This document shows, piece after piece, positions 59,402 through 64,000 of a stretch of 64,000 nt of DNA. Within the stretch, counting starts at the first letter, position 1, and each line of letters starts with the position of its first letter. This DNA is from Mycobacteriales bacterium (GTDB lineage: Bacteria; Actinomycetota; Actinomycetes; BP-191). Under the pieces are notes generated by a model that saw only the letters and a program-made list of their open reading frames with translations, searched no databases and was not told where the DNA came from. Position numbers and translations under genes: made by a program. The DNA lies in assembly GCA_046590575.1 (NCBI GenBank), contig JBKJUS010000169.1:818-64817 (forward strand), written 5' to 3'.

Positions 59402-61239
59402 CGGATCCGGCGGATGCCAGCCGCCACGACGACGGCGGCCACGGCGAAACCGAGCAGCGCGAAGTCGGTGCCGGTTGCCGGCAGGGGAGCCGGCGTCGGA
59501 GCCGGGCGAGGTGTGGGACGCGGCGCCGGGGCGGGGGAGCCGGGTGCTGGCGCCGGACCGCCCGATGTCGGTCGCAGGCGTGGTCGGGCGTTCGGGGTGT
59601 GGTCGCTCAGCGGGTTGGGTGCGAGGACCAGGCGTACGACGTCGACGCCGCGAGTGATGTCCGACGTCATGATCCAGTAGGTCCTGGTGCCGTCGGCGTT
59701 GTCTTCCGTCTTGAAGACTTCGGCGGACCAGATGGCGTTGCCGGGCGTGTTGTAGAAGGCGACCTCCTCAAAGGACCACGTCCCGTCGTCAGCGACATCC
59801 CAGTCGACGATCTTGATGCCCTGGCTGTACCACGCCATCACGAGGCGCTGCTCGTCGGGCACCTGCTCGATGACGTGCACCGTGCAGAACGTCGGCGATG
59901 GCAGCGTTTGCTTGGTGATGAAGATCGCCTTGTTGCCTGCGGCGTCAAGGGCGTAACGCGGCTTCAGCGGGTCGCTGATGTCGAGAGTGTGGATGCCACC
60001 GTTGCCCATCGGGTTGTCGATGTTGGCCGGCGTGCAGGCCGCGCCGGGCGGCGCGATGCCCCCTCCGCGCTCGTCTGTGACGAACATGAAGTCGTGGTCG
60101 GGTGTGGGATCGGCCTCGTGCGAGATCGCAACGTCGGCCCTCGGTGACGACGACGACGGCCCGTGGTTGTACGACGTGACGTAGCTCCAGCCCGTGGCCG
60201 CTGGGCTGCCGAGCTTCTTGAAGTTCTCGACGTCGTCGGCAGCAGCAGTGCCTTCGACGAAGTCGCAGTTGGTGACCTTGGCCGTCGTCAACGTGCCATC
60301 TACGACGGTGCAGGGAAGGGGAGTGCCCCGGACGTTGCCCTGGGCGTCGGTGAGGTCGCGTACGTCGATGACGACGGTCGCCTTGATCGCTGCGCAGTAA
60401 AGGCGGGTGCCCCGGCTGGTGATGTCGTGACAGCCGTTCCCGGTGTCCTCGGCTGCGGGCACACCGTCAGTTTCGGTGGCTCGTCCGGTCCAATCGGCCT
60501 GCAGCGGGATGCGGAAGACCTTCGGTCGGCACTTCACCCGCTTGACCTCGAGTGGGTCTGCGGCGTTGCCGAGGCAGGAGCGGATGTCGAGGACGTCGAT
60601 CCAGGGTCGGCCGCCATCCGTCGTGGAGTTGTAGACGATCCACGGCCGGTTCACATCAACGGTGTTGGTGTGGGAGTAGCCCTCGTGGCGGGTCAGGTGC
60701 ACCTCACGCAGGCTGTCCCCGTCGGGCACTGCAGCGATGCCGGTCACGTCGATCATCTCGAGCCCGGCGAACTCCGGGTCATGGCAGCGGAAGCGTCCGT
60801 CGGTCGCATCGATCACCAGCTCGGTCTGCTTCCGAGGGGTGGCAGTGGCGTCGTGCTGCAGGCTGGTGCTGCCGGTGCCTTGGTTAGGGCCGCCACACGC
60901 CGCCGAGCCGTGGTCGCCGACGAATTGGGGGTCGACCGTGCCATCGGCGTCGACCAGCTTGATGATCCGCTGCCCGGCGTGGCCGGCCGGTCCGCCGCCT
61001 AGGGTCCCCGAGGACGCATACGTCACGCCGTCCCGCTCGAAGAACTTCAGGTCGGTGCCCGGGTTGGCCACGAAGTGGGCCAGGTGCGTCCATGCCAGCG
61101 CCGGCAGACTGATCGCCGCGGCGGGAGGACCGTCCTGAATCGGCGTCACCGAGTCGGGGTCGGTGTGATCGGCTCCGGCGCCGCCGACCAGGGCGGTCGC
61201 GGACAAGGTCACGACGGCCGCGATGAGCCGAATGCGCAT
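59368..61239 (-). CDS. LPXTG-anchored surface protein with beta-propeller-like ectodomain
   Basis: Signal peptide. C-terminal Pro-rich stalk, LPATG, hydrophobic helix and an RRIR tail. Confidence 0.6.
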   Translation of the reverse strand: MRIRLIAAVVTLSATALVGGAGADHTDPDSVTPIQDGPPAAAISLPALAWTHLAHFVANPGTDLKFFERDGVTYASSGTLGGGPAGHAGQRIIKLVDADGTVDPQFVGDHGSAACGGPNQGTGSTSLQHDATATPRKQTELVIDATDGRFRCHDPEFAGLEMIDVTGIAAVPDGDSLREVHLTRHEGYSHTNTVDVNRPWIVYNSTTDGGRPWIDVLDIRSCLGNAADPLEVKRVKCRPKVFRIPLQADWTGRATETDGVPAAEDTGNGCHDITSRGTRLYCAAIKATVVIDVRDLTDAQGNVRGTPLPCTVVDGTLTTAKVTNCDFVEGTAAADDVENFKKLGSPAATGWSYVTSYNHGPSSSSPRADVAISHEADPTPDHDFMFVTDERGGGIAPPGAACTPANIDNPMGNGGIHTLDISDPLKPRYALDAAGNKAIFITKQTLPSPTFCTVHVIEQVPDEQRLVMAWYSQGIKIVDWDVADDGTWSFEEVAFYNTPGNAIWSAEVFKTEDNADGTRTYWIMTSDITRGVDVVRLVLAPNPLSDHTPNARPRLRPTSGGPAPAPGSPAPAPRPTPRPAPTPAPLPATGTDFALLGFAVAAVVVAAGIRRIRYAGDLGGRNR

Positions 61240-61282
61240 GGGGTTCCTATCGAGGTTGGGTGGGGTCCGGGCCAGCACTTCG

Positions 61283-62728
61283 CTATTCGACGTCGAGTCC
61301 CAGGGCGGACTCGAAGCGGCCCTCTTCGAGCCGGTCCTTCACGGTGGTGAGGTAGCGGGCGGCGTCGGCGCCGTCGACAATGCGGTGGTCGTAGGTCAGT
61401 GCCAGGTACACCATTGAACGGATGGCCACGACCTCTCCCAGCTCTGAGTCGGAGATGACGACGGCGCGGCGTACGACGGAGCCGGTGCCGAGGATGGCGA
61501 CCTGCGGCTGGTTGATGATCGGCGTGTCGAAGAGGGCTCCCCGGCTGCCGGTGTTGGTCAACGTGAAGGTGCCACCGCCCAGTTCGTCCGGAGTGACCTT
61601 GTTGGACCGGGTGCGCTGGGCGAGGTCGGCGACGTGACGTGCGATGCCCCCGATGTTGAGGTCACCGGCGTCCTTGATGACCGGGACGAGCAGGCCCCGC
61701 TCGGTATCGACGGCGATGCCGAGGTGCACGCTCTCGTGGTAGGTCACCGTGCCGGCCTCAAGGTCGATCGAGGAGTTGAGCACCGGGTGGGTCTTGAGCG
61801 CCTCCACCGCGGCGACGGCGAAGAAGGGCATGAAGGAGAGCTTGGTGCCCTCTCGCGTTTCGAAGGCTGCCTTGGCCCGGTCGCGCAGCCGGGCGACCCG
61901 CGTGACGTCGACCTCGACGACGGTGGTGAGCTGGGCGCTCGTGTCGAGGGACTCGACCATCCGCGTTGCGATGACCTGGCGGAGTCGGCTGAGCTTCTCG
62001 GTCTTGCCCCGCAAGGCGGACCGAGTCGCGGTCGATGCCGCGTCGGACTTGGTGGGCTGCGCGGCGGGCGCGCTGGCGCTCGGGGCCGCCGTGGCAGCGA
62101 CATCGCCCGTGGCAGTGACATCGCTCTTGGCAGCGCCACTGCCCTTGGCAGCGTCGAGGACGTCCTGCTTGCGGATCCGACCGCCGAGTCCAGTGCCGGT
62201 CACCGACGCGAGGTCGACACCGTGCTCGCCCGCGAGCTTGCGCACCAGGGGTGTGACGTACTTGCCTTCGGCGTCGCTGTCCAGCGCCGGTGCGTCCGAG
62301 GACTGTGCGTCCGAGGTCTGTGCGTCCGACGCCGATGCGTCCGACGCCGGGGCAGCGGGCGCTGGTGTCTCGGCCTCGGGGGCCACGGCTTCGACGGGCG
62401 GCGCCTCTTCCGCGGCCGGAGCGGCTGGCTCTGCATCGGCTGGCTCAACGACGGATGTCTGGGGGTCGGCCGAACCGGGGCTCTCCGAGCCGCCCTCGTC
62501 GATCACGGCCAGCTCGGTGCCGACCGCGACGGTCTCGTCCTCCTGCACCTTGATCGAGGTCACGACGCCGGCGGAAGGCGACGGGATCTCGGTGTCGACC
62601 TTGTCGGTCGACACCTCGAGCAGCGGCTCGTCGGCCTCGACGCGCTCGCCTTCTTTCTTCAGCCACCGGGTGACGGTGCCCTCCTGCACGCTCTCGCCGA
62701 GGCGAGGCATGGTGACCGAGACCGGCAT
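61283..62728 (-). CDS. sucB: dihydrolipoamide acyltransferase E2 component (SucB/DlaT)
   Basis: Lipoyl domain (EVSTDKVDTEIPSPSAG), Ala/Pro/Asp-rich linker with short tandem repeats, an E3-binding domain, and a catalytic domain with DHRxxDG. Confidence 0.85.
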   Translation of the reverse strand: MPVSVTMPRLGESVQEGTVTRWLKKEGERVEADEPLLEVSTDKVDTEIPSPSAGVVTSIKVQEDETVAVGTELAVIDEGGSESPGSADPQTSVVEPADAEPAAPAAEEAPPVEAVAPEAETPAPAAPASDASASDAQTSDAQSSDAPALDSDAEGKYVTPLVRKLAGEHGVDLASVTGTGLGGRIRKQDVLDAAKGSGAAKSDVTATGDVAATAAPSASAPAAQPTKSDAASTATRSALRGKTEKLSRLRQVIATRMVESLDTSAQLTTVVEVDVTRVARLRDRAKAAFETREGTKLSFMPFFAVAAVEALKTHPVLNSSIDLEAGTVTYHESVHLGIAVDTERGLLVPVIKDAGDLNIGGIARHVADLAQRTRSNKVTPDELGGGTFTLTNTGSRGALFDTPIINQPQVAILGTGSVVRRAVVISDSELGEVVAIRSMVYLALTYDHRIVDGADAARYLTTVKDRLEEGRFESALGLDVE

Positions 62729-62758
62729 GGGTAGACCCTTCGCGTGTCGTGCTGGTGG

Positions 62759-64000
62759 TTAGGAGTGGCTGTGCAGCGGCTTGCCGGCCAGCGCCAGGTG
62801 CGCCTCGCCGACCGCTTCGGACATCGTCGGGTGCGGGTGGATGAGCTGCGCGACCTCGCTGGGCAGTGCCTCCCAGTTGGTGATCAGCTGCGCCTCGGCG
62901 ATGAGCTCGCCGACTCGTGAGCCGACCATGTGTACGCCGAGCACCGGGCCATCCTTCTGCGCCACCAGCGTGACGGCGCCGGCCGTCTGCAGAATCTGGC
63001 TCTTGCCGTTGCCGGCGAGGTCGTAGGTCACGCTGACGACGTCGTACCCACGCTCCTTGGCGATCGCTGCGGTCAGGCCGACGGAGGCGACTTCGGGCTC
63101 GGAGTAGGTGACTTTCGGTACGCCGTCGTAGTCGACCGGCGCGGGGTCCAGACCGGCGATCTGCTCGGCGACGAGGATGCCCTCGGCGAAGCCGACGTGA
63201 GCGAGCTGCAGGGTCGGGATGAGGTCACCGACGGCGAAGATGCCGGGGACTCCGGTGCGGCAGTACTCATCCACGACGACGTAGCCACGGTCGACCTTGA
63301 CGCCGGCCTCCTCGTAGCCCAGTCCTTCGCTGACCGGGCCACGGCCGACGGCCACCAGCAGCAGTTCGGCGTCGATCGTCTTGCCGCTTTCCAGGGTGAC
63401 AGTGACGCCGCTGTCCGCGGTCTTCACTCCCTGGAATCGGGCACCGAGCTCGAAGGCGATGCCGCGCTTGCGGAAGGCTCGCTCCAGCAGCTTGCTCGAG
63501 GACTCCTCCTCGAGCGGCACGAGGTGGGGCAGCGCCTCGACGATCGTCACCTCGGCGCCGAAGGAACGCCAGACGGAGGCGAACTCGCAGCCGATCGCGC
63601 CGGCGCCGAGGATCACCACCGAGGTAGGGACTCGGTCCAGCTTCAACGCGTCGTCGCTGCTGATGACCCGCTTGCCGTCGAGGTCGAGACCGGGCAGCGA
63701 CTTGGGCCGCGAGCCGGTGGCCAGGACCACGTTCTTGGCCTTGATCTCCCGGCCGTCGACCGTCACGGTATCGGGAGCGGTGAGGCGTCCCTCTCCGGCG
63801 ACGACCTCGATCTTGCGGCTCTTGATCAGGCCCTGCAGGCCCTTGTAGAGCTTGTCCACGACCTTGTCGCGGTAGTTGTTGACGGCAGGTACGTCGATGC
63901 CCTCGAAGGTCGCCTTGACGCCGAAGTGCGCGCTGTCCTTCGCGGAGTCGGCGACCTCGGCCGCGTGCAGCAGCGCCTTGGTCGGGATGCAGCCGCGGTG
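62759..64000 (-). CDS. lpd: dihydrolipoyl dehydrogenase, C-terminal part (gene start lies beyond the window end)
   Basis: FAD/NAD Rossmann and dimerisation-domain motifs (HPHPTMSEA). The reading frame is open to position 64000. Confidence 0.85.
   Translation of the reverse strand, partial: HRGCIPTKALLHAAEVADSAKDSAHFGVKATFEGIDVPAVNNYRDKVVDKLYKGLQGLIKSRKIEVVAGEGRLTAPDTVTVDGREIKAKNVVLATGSRPKSLPGLDLDGKRVISSDDALKLDRVPTSVVILGAGAIGCEFASVWRSFGAEVTIVEALPHLVPLEEESSSKLLERAFRKRGIAFELGARFQGVKTADSGVTVTLESGKTIDAELLLVAVGRGPVSEGLGYEEAGVKVDRGYVVVDEYCRTGVPGIFAVGDLIPTLQLAHVGFAEGILVAEQIAGLDPAPVDYDGVPKVTYSEPEVASVGLTAAIAKERGYDVVSVTYDLAGNGKSQILQTAGAVTLVAQKDGPVLGVHMVGSRVGELIAEAQLITNWEALPSEVAQLIHPHPTMSEAVGEAHLALAGKPLHSHS

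Overview
This is a high-GC (about 70%) Actinomycetota chromosomal segment, densely coding with many 4-nt start/stop overlaps. No rRNA, tRNA or CRISPR array was found. Gene order partly mirrors the mycobacterial lpd-sucB(dlaT)-lipB-lipA-DUF4191-glnA1 ... glnE-glnA2 ... panB neighbourhood. Both glutamine synthetase genes carry GlnR-box-like sites. Recognisable core genes are nadE, glnA2, glnE, glnA1, lipA, lipB, sucB and lpd. There is a Zn/Mn-type ABC importer whose ATPase is frameshifted. A CbiX / F420-type reductase / BtuF-like operon is present. The window also encodes an M23 peptidase, a YibE/F protein and an FtsH-family paralog followed by a BNR+VWA anchored protein. There are two LPXTG proteins, a GT2 synthase divergent from a GH18 hydrolase, and a LAL and a LuxR-NB-ARC regulator flanking a small low-GC islet with an HNH-endonuclease remnant. 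Most unusual is a minus-strand operon at 34.5-37.4 kb. It encodes a TusA-like sulfur carrier, a DsrE-like protein, a TusA-domain fused to a cobalamin-independent methionine-synthase (MetE C-terminal) fold enzyme, and a thioesterase. This looks like an undescribed persulfide-relay-to-alkyltransferase system. Also notable are a panB gene reduced to an N-terminal plus C-terminal stub by an internal deletion of about 0.6 kb, and an RTX-like repeat protein. All calls are from reading the six-frame translations and the nucleotide sequence by eye. No database search was run.
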